Positions 49,438 to 61,771 of a DNA stretch of 64,000 nt are shown here, piece by piece. Position 1 is the stretch's first letter, and every line of letters begins with the position of its first letter. Both the position numbers and the translations under genes were made by a program. The stretch comes from Dudresnaya verticillata (taxonomy: Eukaryota). Where the stretch lies: the NCBI GenBank assembly GCA_977862235.1, contig OZ374557.1, forward strand, positions 3,038,001 through 3,102,000, in the 5' to 3' direction. The notes under the pieces were generated by a model. It saw only the letters and a list, made by a program, of their open reading frames with translations, had not been told where the DNA came from and made no database searches.

Positions 49438-50112
49438 TGTGGTGAAGTTAAAGGCACACCTGTAAGGAGAGCTGATCAGGCAATCCCAATAAGGAGTGAT
49501 CTCACACGGCACCGGGGTGGTAGAGCTTAGTTCGTAGACCGAAGGGAGTACCTCGAGCGGAAACACCTGTAAGGAGTAAAGGGACACAACAGACAAGGGG
49601 GATGGTACAGTGCCAGGGCAGCTAGACCGGGACGGAGGTAAGATGAATCCATGCATGGGGCTGGCGAGGGGAAACCGTAAAGGAGTATGAGGGTAAGGCT
49701 TAGGGTAAGTCACTTTGCCCAGGGTTGCCTACCCGTTTACTGTAGGACTCGCGGCGGCCACCCATTGATATACTGGGAGATACGCCCCGCAGTCCGGTCC
49801 ATGTGGACCAGACCCCAATGGGTCTGGTCCACCAGGTGGGTCCGGCCCTACTGGTCCCGGTCACCGTTGCGGACATGCTCGGCATTCTCATTGGCCGGCT
49901 GACACTACGTACTGTACTGCATCATTACAATTACCTAATTACAAATAAATCAACTACTTGGCTCCTATTGGTGGTGCTCGCAGACTCCAGCAAGGCGTAC
50001 AGTGCTACTGTGTCGCTGCACTCCCGTTCGGTTTTTGGCGCCAGCTCACTGGTGCGCCGGTCGCGAGTCAGCTCAACCGTCGTCGTCACTCCACAACGGC
50101 CGCTTCACCACA
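49438..50112 (-). repeat. E4 3' LTR
   Basis: TGTGGTGAAG...CTTCACCACA (10-bp inverted repeat), followed on + by GACCCCCTCCCTA (PPT on minus). Confidence 0.9.
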
Positions 50113-50405
50113 GACCCCCTCCCTAAATGGCGACATATCCTCGTGCGCCACAGCACGTCTTCTACACCTCCACTCAGGTGTATCCCACAACAGAGCGAAC
50201 CTCATGAGTACACTCCACTTCGGGCAAGTCGACCAGCGTGCAAGTCCAAACCGGTGTACCGCTAGCGATGGCGGGCGGTAACACCGACCGCGCACGGAGC
50301 CCCTTCCAACCGAAACGGCGTACATCTTCGGTGGGGGCGGCTCCGGCGCCGGAGGCAGAAGAGGGATAAGGCGGCGGGCTCGCGGACACCATAGCGGGCG
50401 TTTCG

Positions 50406-51821
50406 GTGGTAACGGGCGCAACGCCGACGCTGCCAGCACGTGTGGGTAGCCCGCGGGTGCCGCGACGGCGCGATGACGGCGAGGCTCTACGGACGCCTAC
50501 TCCGCTTCCGGATCGACAGGTGGGGCCGGTGTCACAACGGCCCGGTCCTTTTAAAAGCAGCACCGAGATGGTGCTTGGTGGATATCGTCGCGCAACTCCG
50601 TATGAACGATACGAGGAGTACGCGCAGGGCCTCCAGGTTGGTCAGGCTGGAGGTGTAGTAACCGCACTCCCACTCCACATGGGTGTAGGCGGCGTACCAT
50701 CGAGTTCACTGCCATACGCGCCGGGGATGCAGGGTAGTTACCATGGGCGTGTGGACTCGACAGGTTACACCGATGAGGGAACTTGGCCTGGCCGGGAATA
50801 TGATCACCGCACCGGGTGGCGCCAGCGTACCGAAGAGGAGCGCGATATGGTTCTTCTCCCTATGCCCGTATCGGGTTTCGTTTCCAACTATGGTGGCACC
50901 CTCGAGGGGCGTCACTACAGCGATGTTACAGACTCCGGTGGGTTAATCAACAACAAGCGGTTCCCGAATCGGCATGAGGGGATGTTGAGAGCCAGGTGGA
51001 TTCACTCGAACTGTAGAGTGCGAACTCCAACCGGGTGTGACATCGTGTGGTTGAGATGTCAGGAGGAAGAGGGCTATCCCGATAAAGTGTGTCGATTGCT
51101 GGCAAGGGCCCACCGACTGCGAGATCATCCGGTTGGTGTCGATTTCCTGTGCTACGAGAAGCCGTATGACCAAGGCGTCCACTGGTTTGGGAATCCGCAA
51201 CGGTGTGCTGGCGACGCAGCGAAAGAGCATGGACGCCGGTTGCGGAGTAGAGATGGGCGCCGCCTCGGAAGGGTGATACTCCATACTTGGAACACGAACG
51301 AATTCTTCCAGGTGCCGCCGGGGGCGCATCGTCGATTGTACTGCACCGCTCCGGATTGGTGGGCTGAGTATGAAGTCACCCGTTGGGTGTCAGTGCCAAC
51401 TCCGACGGTGGTGGCGTACGTTTCCAATCGGTTCATTCAGCATCGTGACTGGCAAGCTGCACACCCAGGCGGAGAGAAGTCAGTTGACCATCCGCTGATG
51501 ACGGTGTTGGGTCGGATACTCCGAGCGGAATGGGCAATGTTAGTCCTCTTCTCCTGGCTACAGGTTATCTACCGGGGTGTAAGAGCTAATACGAAGATAA
51601 CCGACTGGAGGGCGTACCTGCGGAGCAGAACGGATCCGGAAAGTGGCAATTGCGGGCGCATATTCAAGCTACCAGGGCCGGTGGATACCCTTATACACCA
51701 AGTTGGAGTAGACCGGTTGGTCGAGGGGACCGAATACCCCTTGGCGCGTGTTGAACGTCTCTTCGTGGTTCACGCAGACACCAACTGGGTGCGAACGCCA
51801 GGGTTCATCGGTTATCATTGA
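50406..51821 (+). CDS. E4 antisense accessory ORF1 (471 aa open), unknown function
   Basis: Long ORF antisense to pol; RRLYCTAPDWWAEYEVTRWVSVPTPTVVAY...GRIFKLP motif shared with E1/E3 and CACTA ORFs. Confidence 0.75.
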   Translation: MVTGATPTLPARVGSPRVPRRRDDGEALRTPTPLPDRQVGPVSQRPGPFKSSTEMVLGGYRRATPYERYEEYAQGLQVGQAGGVVTALPLHMGVGGVPSSSLPYAPGMQGSYHGRVDSTGYTDEGTWPGREYDHRTGWRQRTEEERDMVLLPMPVSGFVSNYGGTLEGRHYSDVTDSGGLINNKRFPNRHEGMLRARWIHSNCRVRTPTGCDIVWLRCQEEEGYPDKVCRLLARAHRLRDHPVGVDFLCYEKPYDQGVHWFGNPQRCAGDAAKEHGRRLRSRDGRRLGRVILHTWNTNEFFQVPPGAHRRLYCTAPDWWAEYEVTRWVSVPTPTVVAYVSNRFIQHRDWQAAHPGGEKSVDHPLMTVLGRILRAEWAMLVLFSWLQVIYRGVRANTKITDWRAYLRSRTDPESGNCGRIFKLPGPVDTLIHQVGVDRLVEGTEYPLARVERLFVVHADTNWVRTPGFIGYH

Positions 51822-52168
51822 AAAGACGACCGCGTGCTGTCGGTGCCGCCACTCAACCCCGGGTGTGGTATGGCGTATTTCCTATCGGAAGAAGACCCCG
51901 AGTCGGCGTGGTTGATCGACGAGGAGATGTCAAGCTGGCACGCGATGAGCTCCCGCTCGAGGTTCTACCCCATGACGGAGGGGCTATCGAGGGCTCCGCC
52001 GTCACGCGAGTGGGGTACTCCATCCGGTGTGCAGCATCAACAGGGGTGCCTCGACAGTCCGCCTGCTGACGAGATTACACCAGTGGGGGTTGACTAGATC
52101 GAGAGGGTGCGCGGGGACCCCAGGGTCCTCGTGCCAAGAGAAGCTCCTGGTGGAGAATCCATACAGGT

Positions 52169-52999
52169 GTGGGGCGACGCACGACCTCGTCGCCCAAGAA
52201 GGCCGTAACGGCGTCTCCTCCTGTAGGGGCGGAGATCGAGACGCAGGGGGGTTCGTCGGGGGTGGCCGCAGCGTCCACGCCAATCAGGGCTTCGAAACCG
52301 ACAGTCTCGCCGGGGATCAACAAGAACACCAAGTTGGACAAGGTGGCGAATGCCGTAGCGGTAGTTTGTCAGAAGCCCACGGTAGTAGCTGCAGCAGCGG
52401 CTAAGTTGGGTCCCGTCGGGGAGCATGAAGACTCCGAAGTGGGAGAGGACGCTACACCGGTGGGGACCGACCAAGTGGACGCACTCACGACCACACGGCC
52501 TACCGTAGCAGTGAAGAAGCCTGTACCGAAGCGGAGCGAAGTTGCCAAGCCGGTGTCGCCCGCGTCGAGTGACTCCGTGATGTTTGTGGCCGCTGCGGGT
52601 CCAGGTGGAGGGCCACCCCGTAATATCGACCCCGTGATGGTGAAGCAAGAAGAGGATACCCCGAAGGAGATGACGAGTTGGACCGAAGCGGAGTTGCGCA
52701 TAGATGGGGCTGCCCTGCAGCGACTCCGCGAAGGGTGCAGAGACGCGGGAATGCCCCTTCCAGCGTCGGCGAACGAGTCCATTAACACCGCAGTGCTGTG
52801 GGTCGGGCGTCTGGTGTGCCTACGGCGTACCATTCGCGCTTTGCGTCGTCGCATGGCAGACACCGGTAGGAGACTCACCATGATTACCGCAAGGGTATAT
52901 GGTGAGGATATTCTCGACTTGGAGGAGAGTGCGGCCAAAGAGGAGGATACGGAGGCTGACCTGGCGCCACCAGCGAAGCGTCCACGAAATGCGGTGTAG
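52169..52999 (+). CDS. E4 antisense ORF2 (or frameshifted C-terminus of ORF1), low-complexity with basic NLS-like end
   Basis: 276 aa; WTEAELR helix region; ends PPAKRPRNAV. Confidence 0.55.
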   Translation: MGRRTTSSPKKAVTASPPVGAEIETQGGSSGVAAASTPIRASKPTVSPGINKNTKLDKVANAVAVVCQKPTVVAAAAAKLGPVGEHEDSEVGEDATPVGTDQVDALTTTRPTVAVKKPVPKRSEVAKPVSPASSDSVMFVAAAGPGGGPPRNIDPVMVKQEEDTPKEMTSWTEAELRIDGAALQRLREGCRDAGMPLPASANESINTAVLWVGRLVCLRRTIRALRRRMADTGRRLTMITARVYGEDILDLEESAAKEEDTEADLAPPAKRPRNAV

Positions 53000-53190
53000 G
53001 CGTAGAAATGCCACTTGTCAATAAAATCTTGTGACTTTTGTGAGCCCCGCTTGCACTGGCGGAGGGGAAGTGGAATAACACCACTGTGGAGTGAGTCCCG
53101 AAGTGGCGGGGATACTCTCCACTATGCAAGGCTTTGCGTCTGGTTGACGACCACCTCATACCAGAAGTGGTTGCGCGCTTGCCGGAGATT

Positions 53191-53356
53191 CACCAATATG
53201 GAGTAGAGCCCATTGGGCAAGGGTTCTGTGGTTCCAGAGTCCAGAGGCCATGCCCATTTTGTACCAACGCCAAGTCACCAATATGGAGTAGAGCCCCTTG
53301 GGCAAGGGTTCTGTGAACACGGAGTCCACGGGTCATGCCCGATTTTGCCAAAACCC
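53191..53356. repeat. Tandem repeat, two ~85-bp units between E4 pol end and antisense ORF end
   Basis: CACCAATATGGAGTAGAGCCC(A/C)TTGGGCAAGGGTTCTGTG...GAGTCCA...CATGCCC occurs twice. Confidence 0.85.
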
Positions 53357-53382
53357 CTACTGCGTGGGTGAGTAGCGACTGG

Positions 53383-54798
53383 CTATCGACGCGTGGGAGC
53401 TCTGCGACGTCGAGCTGCAGCGGCTGCCGTGCGCTTTCTATTCCAATAGCGGTGTATGAAGTTTTGCGGCAACTCCTCAGCAGGTTCATACGTGTCCTGG
53501 TCTGGTGGGTAGCCGTACCAACGCACCTTGTAGGTCATGCCCGTGGGTTCTTCGCGGCGTCCCACGATCTGCTCGATGACATAATCCGTGTCGGCATCAA
53601 TTGTCTCCGACACGGGGGCAGGAATACTGCCTGGCGTTTGGGGCGTTACAGTAGTACCACCTGGTGTTTGGGGTACTACTGTGGTGCCTCCGGCCTGCTG
53701 GGGTACTGTACCGTCCACGTCGGTGTGTGGCGTAACCGGCGGAGCCAATAGCGGCGCCGGTTGCACAGGAACTCCAATTGGTACCTTGGTGATGCGATCT
53801 ATGCTGTTGGGAATCAGGACGCCATCCTTCTTGATAGTGACTACAGTATCCGTTGCGATGTGTACCTCGTAGGGGCCCGTCGATCGTGGGAGGAGCTTCT
53901 TCATTTGCTCCGCAAATTCACCGACGCGGTCAGGGCCTTGACCCAATCGGTCGCGTTCCTCCCGTTCCGTGGGCCGTAGATTACGCAGCGGGCGATCTAC
54001 GTAGACTTGATCGCCACCGCGAACCACCGGTCGGAAACGCACCTTACGGTTGAATAGGGCCTCAGACTTCAACTGGGATGTAGTCTGTTTGGTCTGCACC
54101 TTCTGTAGGGCATCGCGCAAACGCCGCATGGTTCCCCGCTTTTGGAGTACGGGCGTCATACGCCCCTCCGTAACGGTTTCTTCCAACTCCACAGGGGTGC
54201 CACGCACAATAATATCCGATGGGTGTCGAGTTAACACCAAGTCAAAGGGAGTAGTGTCCGTAATCCGGTGTACCTACATATTGTAGGAGTAGGTCAACGG
54301 CTGTAGGTATAAATCCCAATCGGTGTGGTGATCCTCGACGTAGTGTCGGAGGCGCTGCGCTATGGTTTTGTTAAACCGCTCGGCTTGCCCATTGGTTTGC
54401 GGGTGATAGGCAGCGGTCAGCAAATGCCGAGCTCCGAGTAGGGCACAGACAGCGTCGAAGAACTTCGCCGTGAACTGTCTTCCATTGTCGGTGAGTACAA
54501 ATTTAGGTGTGCCATACGAATACACCCAATGGTCTAAAAGTGCGTCCGTCACCACGGCGTCTGTAATCGTCCGTAACGGGATGCACCGTGTTAGTTTAGA
54601 AAATCGATCGGTGATGACCAGGACAAAGACGAATCCCGGTTTGGTTTCCGGCAGTGGGCCCGGTATGTCCGTCGCGACAAACTCCAGTGGGCCACTCGCG
54701 GGAAATAGCTTCATGAACTTCTGATGCTTAAACCGCTTGCCCTTGGTTTTGAAACATGAGCGGCAAGTCCGAACGGTGTCGAATACATCATTAGCCAT
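53383..54798 (-). pseudogene. E4 integrase with GPY motif and chromodomain
   Basis: CRSC, VATDI, TDRFSK, TDNGRQF, YHPQTNGQAERFN, LLPRSTGPYEV, YVIEQIVG...YKVRWYGYPPDQDTYEP; in-frame stop at ~54274. Confidence 0.93.
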
Positions 54799-54819
54799 AT
54801 GTGGCCAATAGTAGTCGCT

Positions 54820-56687
54820 CTATAAGGTGTAGTACATCCTAATTCCACCAGGGTGTCCCGACATCAGGGTGTAGTGGGCAAGATACAGGACCCTGCCGCG
54901 CATCTGTTGCGGTACCACCTTTTGGAGTGCGCCGTCGAGGGCAGACTTGCGAACATGAAACCCATGTCGGTCGTAGTCAAATTGTGATCCAGGTGATCCC
55001 ACCGATTCGGCTTTAAGCTTGCAGAAAGTATCTGTTGCTTGCGCGGATATGAACGCCTCACGGGTAAGGGTCTCATTGCGCATATCCTCTTGTTGGATGA
55101 CCGTTTGCCGGAGCGGAGTGGGTGGTACTGTATCCATTTCAGGCGTAGTATCCATTTCGGTGTCTCCACGTTCAACGCCTAGGACAAGGCTGCTTGCGGC
55201 ATCAGGCTGCTGGGTCTGTTTCCAATTGGTTAGTCGCACACCATGTTGCACTACACCACTAGGAGTCGATTCCATAACGAAGCAAGGCACTTCCTCATCC
55301 AACTCAGCTCTGTCAACACCACCTGTTTGGAGTCTCGACATACCGTCTTCGAGTTGTTGCTTGATACCAGGGCGGTATTGTACCTCGAACGCAAATTCCG
55401 ATAGGCGTAGGCGCCATCTTGCTAAGCGTCCAGACGTATCGGCTAAACGCAATATCCAGCGTAATGCGTCGTGATCCGTACGGAGCATAAACGTTTCACC
55501 GAAAAGGTAAGGACGTAGCGTTAGCATACTCCAAACGACAGCAAGGCACTCCTTTTCAGTGGTTGTGTAATTCTTCTCCGCATCGGTTAGACTTCGGCTC
55601 CAGTAACCCACTGATAGATTATCTCCACTAGCTTGCTTCTGGAGAAGGACACACCCAACTTGGTAATCACAAGCGTCGGTATCCAACGTATAATTGAAAC
55701 CATGACGGGGTAAAGCCAATATTGGAGGGGAGATTAGGTGTCTCTTCAACTCCTCAAAGGCGATAAACTCCGTTTCGGTGAGAGTTCCAAACTCAAATAC
55801 CAGACTCTTGCCGGTTTTTTTATTGAGTGGCGAAGCAATACGTGCCAAATTGGGAACGAAGCGTCGATAGACGTTACATAATCCTAGAAAAGAGCGCAAC
55901 TCCGTTTGGTTTGTAGGTGGCTTAGCCTCCTTGACGGCGAGAATATTCTTTTGTTCCACTTCCAGTTGGCCCGGGCGCACTATGTGGCCCAGATACTGTA
56001 CGGAAGTGTCGAAGAAGGCACACTTTGATAATTTCAGAGCTACACCTGCGGAACGGAGTAGCGTGAGGACCTCCTTAAGGTGTTCGAAGTGCTCCGTAAC
56101 GGTGTTTGAATATACAATCACATGATCTAGGTAGACTAAGGCAAATTGCCATTTCACCGTAGATAGGATGATGTCAACCGCCCGTTGGAAAGTAGCGGGT
56201 GCGTTCTTGAGCCCAAAAGGCATTCTCCGGAAGCGGTATAATCCATAATGACTGGTGAAGGTAGTTTTGTCACGCTCCTCCTCAGGGATCTCTACTTGCC
56301 AGTAGCCACTATTACAATCCAGAGTGGTGAATACTGTAGCTTCTCTAAGGGAGTCGATACATTCATCCATCCGGAGTAAAGGGTATGAATCCCGAACGGT
56401 GACAGCGTTAAGATGTCTATAATCAACACAAAACCGCATGGAGCCGTCCTTTTTAGGAACGAAGACCATAGGGCTGGCCCACTCCGAAGCGGATGGCTCG
56501 ATCACCTTAGCGGACCACATACGATCCACTTCTGCCTTCTCCAGCTCGCGCTGTTTATTTCCTGCCGATATGGTACCTGATATACCGGTTTGGCACCAGA
56601 CATTAATTCAATACGGTGTTTCGCGGCAGTTATATTTCCTAACTCGCCGTTCCACGTAGTGCTGAACTCCTCGAGGAGTGTAACCAC
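54820..56687 (-). pseudogene. pol: E4 reverse transcriptase / RNase H
   Basis: MRFCVDYR, MPFGLKNAPATFQ, YLDH (catalytic YLDD mutated), DTDAC, EKNYTTTEKECLA, TDHDAL. Confidence 0.95.
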
Positions 56688-57697
56688 CTTAGCGCGGAGT
56701 TTTTCATCCTTGGCACCAATATGGATGTTATCTTTCCAGTCGGTGTCAGGGTTTGTAGTTGATTCCGATACGGTGTTTCCTTTGAATCCATCTTGGGGTG
56801 TAGCCTTGCTGCTCTCGTAAGGAGGAAAGGAATTAATATGTCCTCCCCCTCCTTAAATGGAGGTACACCGTTAACGGTGAATATGGCAGAGGGAGAAGCA
56901 GTAGAGAGGCCCAGGACGGTAGCCTTGGGTAACCGCACCGGTTTGGGGGAAATTAGTCAGCCACACCTTAAAGGGTTTGTTAGGGATTATATCCATAACC
57001 CCGTTAGCCATAAGGATGAGGTGCTTATGGAGGGGTTTGGGATGGTTTTGAAGAAAACACAAACCACCGGTAGGAGTGGTGACCAATGCAAGGGATTGGG
57101 TCATAGGGGGGATAATAAGGGATTTGGCTAGGCGGAGCTTTTGCGATACCGAAGCGGATAACACAGGGGGCCCTGAAGAGTGGAAGCAGCCACCGTTTTG
57201 GAGTGTCTGACTTGTTCCATTAGCGAAACCAAGGCGTGGTGATGAAAAACAACTTTCCGTGCCGGTGGGAGGATCGCCTTGACATGGCGATCAATAAAAC
57301 TGGTTCCCAGAATACACGGAGCAGCGAGGTTCGCGACCACCAGGAACTGGACTCGAGTACGCAATTCTCCGATACGGACAAAATGTTGAATGACACCAAG
57401 CGGGCGTATCGACCTATTGGACGTATCCCGTAAAGGTGGACTGGCAGCTGGGCGAATCAAAGACAACCAGTGGGGTGAAAGCCGTCTGGCGTTGATGCGA
57501 TTTGGCCCAGCACCAGAATCCAATACGGTGATGAGAGGTAACATGAGGTCATTACTCCTGCCCACGGTAATCTGGATTTTATAATTCTGTCGTTGTAGAA
57601 CACAGACAGAATCACCGGGTGGTGGAAATTCAAGGGGGATTTCTGGAACAAAATCAAGGGGGTACTCCGTAATGGTGGCTGACTGAGAGTCCGGCAA
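56639..57697 (-). pseudogene. E4 aspartic protease and dUTPase-like linker
   Basis: VLDSGAGPN...ILGTSFIDRH; IIPPMTQSL...NGVMDIIPNKPFKVWLTNF...LPKATVLG. Confidence 0.85.
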
Positions 57698-57781
57698 AGC
57701 CCGTATTGGTGGCGGACTGAGAGTCCGGCAAAGCCCGTATTGGTGGGCGTACCACGTCGCATTGAGGAGAAGGGGACGCCC

Positions 57782-59930
57782 TTACACGTCTCCTGCGACG
57801 TTTTTCGAGTCGGGGTGTGCCATGAGTGCCTCCTCTATCATATCAGCTGGGGACTCGCCAACCGCACCACCATCGACAGTCAGTACCCGCGCTGGGCGTT
57901 GCTGGTAGTTACCAGGCGGACGATTTCCCGTATTGGAGTTGGCGAAGGCCTGCCGCTTGAGGAGGATCGCCTGATAGTTGCGCTCACGCTCTTCCATCAG
58001 GGGACCTCTTTCGGTGTCGCTCAGATATGGACAAATTGCATGGTCCGGGGAGAGGCACAAGCGACAGTAGCCGCTTCCATAGAGGCGTCTGACATCCGGT
58101 GAGGTGTGATCCGTATGCTCTGCAGCAGGGGATTGTTTTCCAATACGGTGTTCGCCCTGCCCTTGACGGGGAGGCGCGCTGCCGTGGGGGTGTCCAATAT
58201 GGCTGGGATGCTGCCCGGTGTTCCCCTGAGGGTGTGTGGCGGGGCCGTAGCGGCTATCAGCCGGTCCGTAGCGGGGTTGCCGGGGTGGTGGCATCCGTGG
58301 CGCTGGTGGGCGAAGGTTGGGAGTCCGAGGCAGAATTAGGGTAGACACTACTCGGTGGGGAAGCGTACGCTGTAGTAAACGTAACCCCCGACGAGGTGCC
58401 GGCGCTTCGACCCGCGCCACCTTCCAGGGCGAGCACGTGCTCCTCCGATTCAGCGAGATACTTCGCGTAGGTGTACCCCGATGGAGAACCAATCGACAGA
58501 ACGCCCGAACGTCGTGACTGACTCTTAGGTTTTCCGTCGAAGACGTGCACCGCTGAGGTTTGGCGTCTGGTTGCCCGGTGGGATTCTCCAAGCCCTTTAG
58601 CGTAGCGGGTGATGGCTTGGTAATCCATATGGGTGTGTGTTGCCAGATAATTGCGCATCTGCTGACACGTTCCCGGTAGGAGTCCTCCCACAAACAGCGA
58701 CTTGAGGGACCTGTCGGAGAATACTGTACCGCATCGGAGTGCCTTAGTCCAAAGTTGGTTGGAGAATTGCTCTTCCGTTAAGGCCGACGTTTGTCGAAAC
58801 GACGTTACGTCCGAATACCGTTCGGCAATCACCTCATCAGTAGCATAAGTCCTTAGCAAAACGTTCACCACTTCGGTATAGGTGCGAAGCATCTCTGCTT
58901 GATCCTCGTCGACCGCCATGGTGCCACCAGCGAGACGGGCCTGAAGCAAAGCTTCAGCCTGTCCACTCAAGAAAAACTGGAAACACCACAGTGCGGTTCC
59001 TTCCGAAATGGAGTTGATGTTACACGCATCCTTGAACTTCGCGAGAAATCCAAGGACCGTGAAGGGGTCTGTACCGTTAAAGGAGTGGGACTTCATTTGT
59101 ACCTCCAGCTTTTTGCGGATGCGTCCCATATTCTGGGAAAAGCTCGAGCTGTAGTATGAACTCTTTTTCTCCAGTCGGTATGTTCGGAAATCCAGCGCCT
59201 TCACGAACCTGTCGTTCAGGGGCCGGATCACCTTTGGGAGTGGCCTGTCGACCTCTCGGTGTTTGGCGTCGTGTTTTCTAGCCCGACGCCGCTCGTCCCT
59301 ATCCGTATCGGAGTAGCTCGTATCAGAGGCGGAGGAATGGGACGAGTCATGCCCTTTTCGGCGCCTATGGCGCGACTTGCGCTTATTCTTCTTCCTATTG
59401 CGGTGTTGGCTATCATCAGATTACGTACCGGAGTGTTCTTTGTCCCGTCGCGAAGCGCGTTTGCTCCGTTGCAAATGGTCACGTTCCTTATCGGAGTGGG
59501 AGTTCTTGGCCTTTCTGTCGGCACTGTCTCTACCACTCCGGTCTTGGTTTTTCTTGAAGTCACCATCGGAGTGCTCACTGCCTCTACGCGAAGCCACCGG
59601 CACGGTGATACGTTCCCCCGCAGGCACTTCTGCGGGTCCAGCGACCGTACTCCGATTCGGTTGGGGTTGGTGCGTTGGATCCAATTCGGTGTATTGAGTT
59701 TGGGTAGGTAACCCAGGGGCTGCCGCTGTCCTTACCGGATCGGGCAGAAACACCTGAGTGGGGATTTCTGGCATATACGTCGTTTCTGCCTTGACCGGGA
59801 AGTTATTACGTATCGGTGTAGGTCCAGAAAAGGGCTGCTCCTTGGGTCCCGGTAGGGGTTGTCCGGGGATGAGCATCTGCTCGATCTCCGACGCTTGACG
59901 CTCCTGACGGATGAGCGTCTGTACCAACAC
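57782..59930 (-). pseudogene. gag: E4 gag, frameshifted
   Basis: FNGTDPFTVLGFLAKF...FFLSGQA capsid-like region; CRLCLSPDHAIC knuckle; ends SKNVAGDV*. Confidence 0.85.
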
Positions 59931-60048
59931 ATCTTGAACACCGTTGGCGGTGTAACGCCGAGGGCGTAGAGCTCCGTCCGAGACGTTGTAACGACGCCTA
60001 GGGCGATATTGAAGTCTGCACTATACAGAACCCTTGCGGAATAATGAA

Positions 60049-60723
60049 TGTAGTGAAGTGAAAGGCACACCTGTAAGGAGAGCTGATCAGGCAATCCCAA
60101 TAAGGAGTGGTCTCATACGGCACCGGGGTGGTAGAGCTTGGTTCGTAGACCGAAGGGAGTACCTCGAGCGGCAACACCTGTAAGGAGTAAAGGGACGCAA
60201 CAGATAAGGGGGACGGTACAGTGCCAGGACAGCTACACCGGGACGGAGGTAAGAGGAATCCGTGCATGGGGCTGGCGAGGGGAAACCGTAAAGGAGTATG
60301 AGGGTAAGGCTTAGGGTAAGTCACTTTACCCAGGGTTGCGTACCCGCTTACTGTAGGACTCGCGGTGGCCACCCATTAATATACTGGGAGATACGCCCCG
60401 CGGTCCGGCCCGTGTGGGCCAGACCTCAATGGGTCTGGTCCACCAGGTGGGTCCGGCCCTACTGGCCTCGGTCACCGTTGCGGACATGCTCGGCATTCTC
60501 ATTGGCCGGCTGACACTACGTACTGTACTGCATCATTACAGTTACCTAATTACAAATAAATCAACTACTTGGCTCCTATTGGTGGTGCGCGCAGACTCCA
60601 GCAAGGCGTACAGTGCTACTGTGTCGCTGCACTCCCGTTCGGTTTTTGGCGCCAGCTCACCGGTGCGCCGGTCGCGAGTCAGCTCAACCGTCGTCGGCAC
60701 TCGACAACGGCCGCTTCACCACA
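60049..60723 (-). repeat. E4 5' LTR
   Basis: TGTAGTGAAG...CTTCACCACA; direct repeat of 49438-50112. Confidence 0.9.
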
Positions 60724-60881
60724 ATGAGCGCCCGATTTCTGTAAGCACATACATGTACACGAGACGCGTGTAAGGCGTGGGGTGCACAAGGATGTGGCGG
60801 CTCAGATGGCTTAGTCTCATTGCGGGTTTAATTATTGTCACTCATATTTTTGGCATGGCGCGCCAAACAGCGCCGCGCATC

Positions 60882-61692
60882 TGTGGCAGTATGGACGCTG
60901 TCAGCAGAAGGGCTTACAGGAGCGTACTTCTTTTCGCGGGACAGACTGTCCCTTAATCAAGACAGCTGTCCTTTCATCGCGGTACACGTGGATGACACGT
61001 GGGATACACGTGCGTACACGTGTGTACACGTGGCCCTACAGCTGTACACGTGGCATACACCTGGCATTGTAATGACGCCAGTTGGACACATCGTATTGGC
61101 TGATTTATGACGCGCCGCTGCGCTCCTACTCACGAACGAGGAGCACCTCTGCGCTCAGGGTATCGACAATGCAGCCGAGACCCTAGTCTGGACCCCTGCG
61201 CATCCTGCACCAAGTCCTCTAACTGGAACGCATTCCCCTATTTACATTGCACTGACTGTACTAATCTTTGTAACTACAATCATAGACTAACTTAGACCCC
61301 CTTTTGGGCTGGCAGAGTTTTCGGCTGTCAAACCCTACTTATGGGCGCCGGAATAGCCAGCGCCCTCAGAATAAACACGCAGCGGAGTTGTTCGGAAAGC
61401 CTTCATCTTTTGGTCGTTCGGACGCTCCGCGCCTGCAGGGGTCGCCCAGTACAGGCCCGGAAATCGTACGACAAGTACTCTACGAAATACCGGGTCGCAA
61501 CCTCTATACTTTCCTTCAGCCGGTCGCGCCGAGTCTTTACCGTGCTTCCGCACCCCCCGTTTGGGTCATCAGGGTCCGCCTCCTTCCAAGCCTCTACCAA
61601 AACTCCTTCAAGCTACCACCAATTGGCGTGTGATATCGGACAGCTGTCTTTCCTTGTTCTTTGCTGTTTCTGGCCGGTGCCATACTGCTACA
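60882..61692. repeat. Solo LTR
   Basis: TGTGGCAGTATGG...CCATACTGCTACA (13-bp inverted repeat, 1 mismatch); flanks GCATC/GCATG (5-bp TSD, 1 mismatch); second partial copy at 13994-14486. Confidence 0.85.
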
Positions 61693-61771
61693 GCATGTAC
61701 CTCATAGTGGCACTTCCACTCATATCTATCTTTGGATTCTAATCCACCGATAGTGTACAGTATTAGGCAAC

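Larger units (their letters stand above)
49438..60723 (-). mobile_element. Ty3/Gypsy chromovirus E4, full length, degenerate
   Basis: Two 675-bp LTRs; ATGAG on both flanks (49433-49437, 60724-60728); PPT at 50113-50125; gag-PR-RT-RH-IN-chromo. Confidence 0.92.

Noticed and set aside
53191..53356. Possible CRISPR-like repeat-spacer array
   Set aside because: Only two units, the intervening parts are themselves similar, the context is a eukaryotic retrotransposon, and there are no cas genes.
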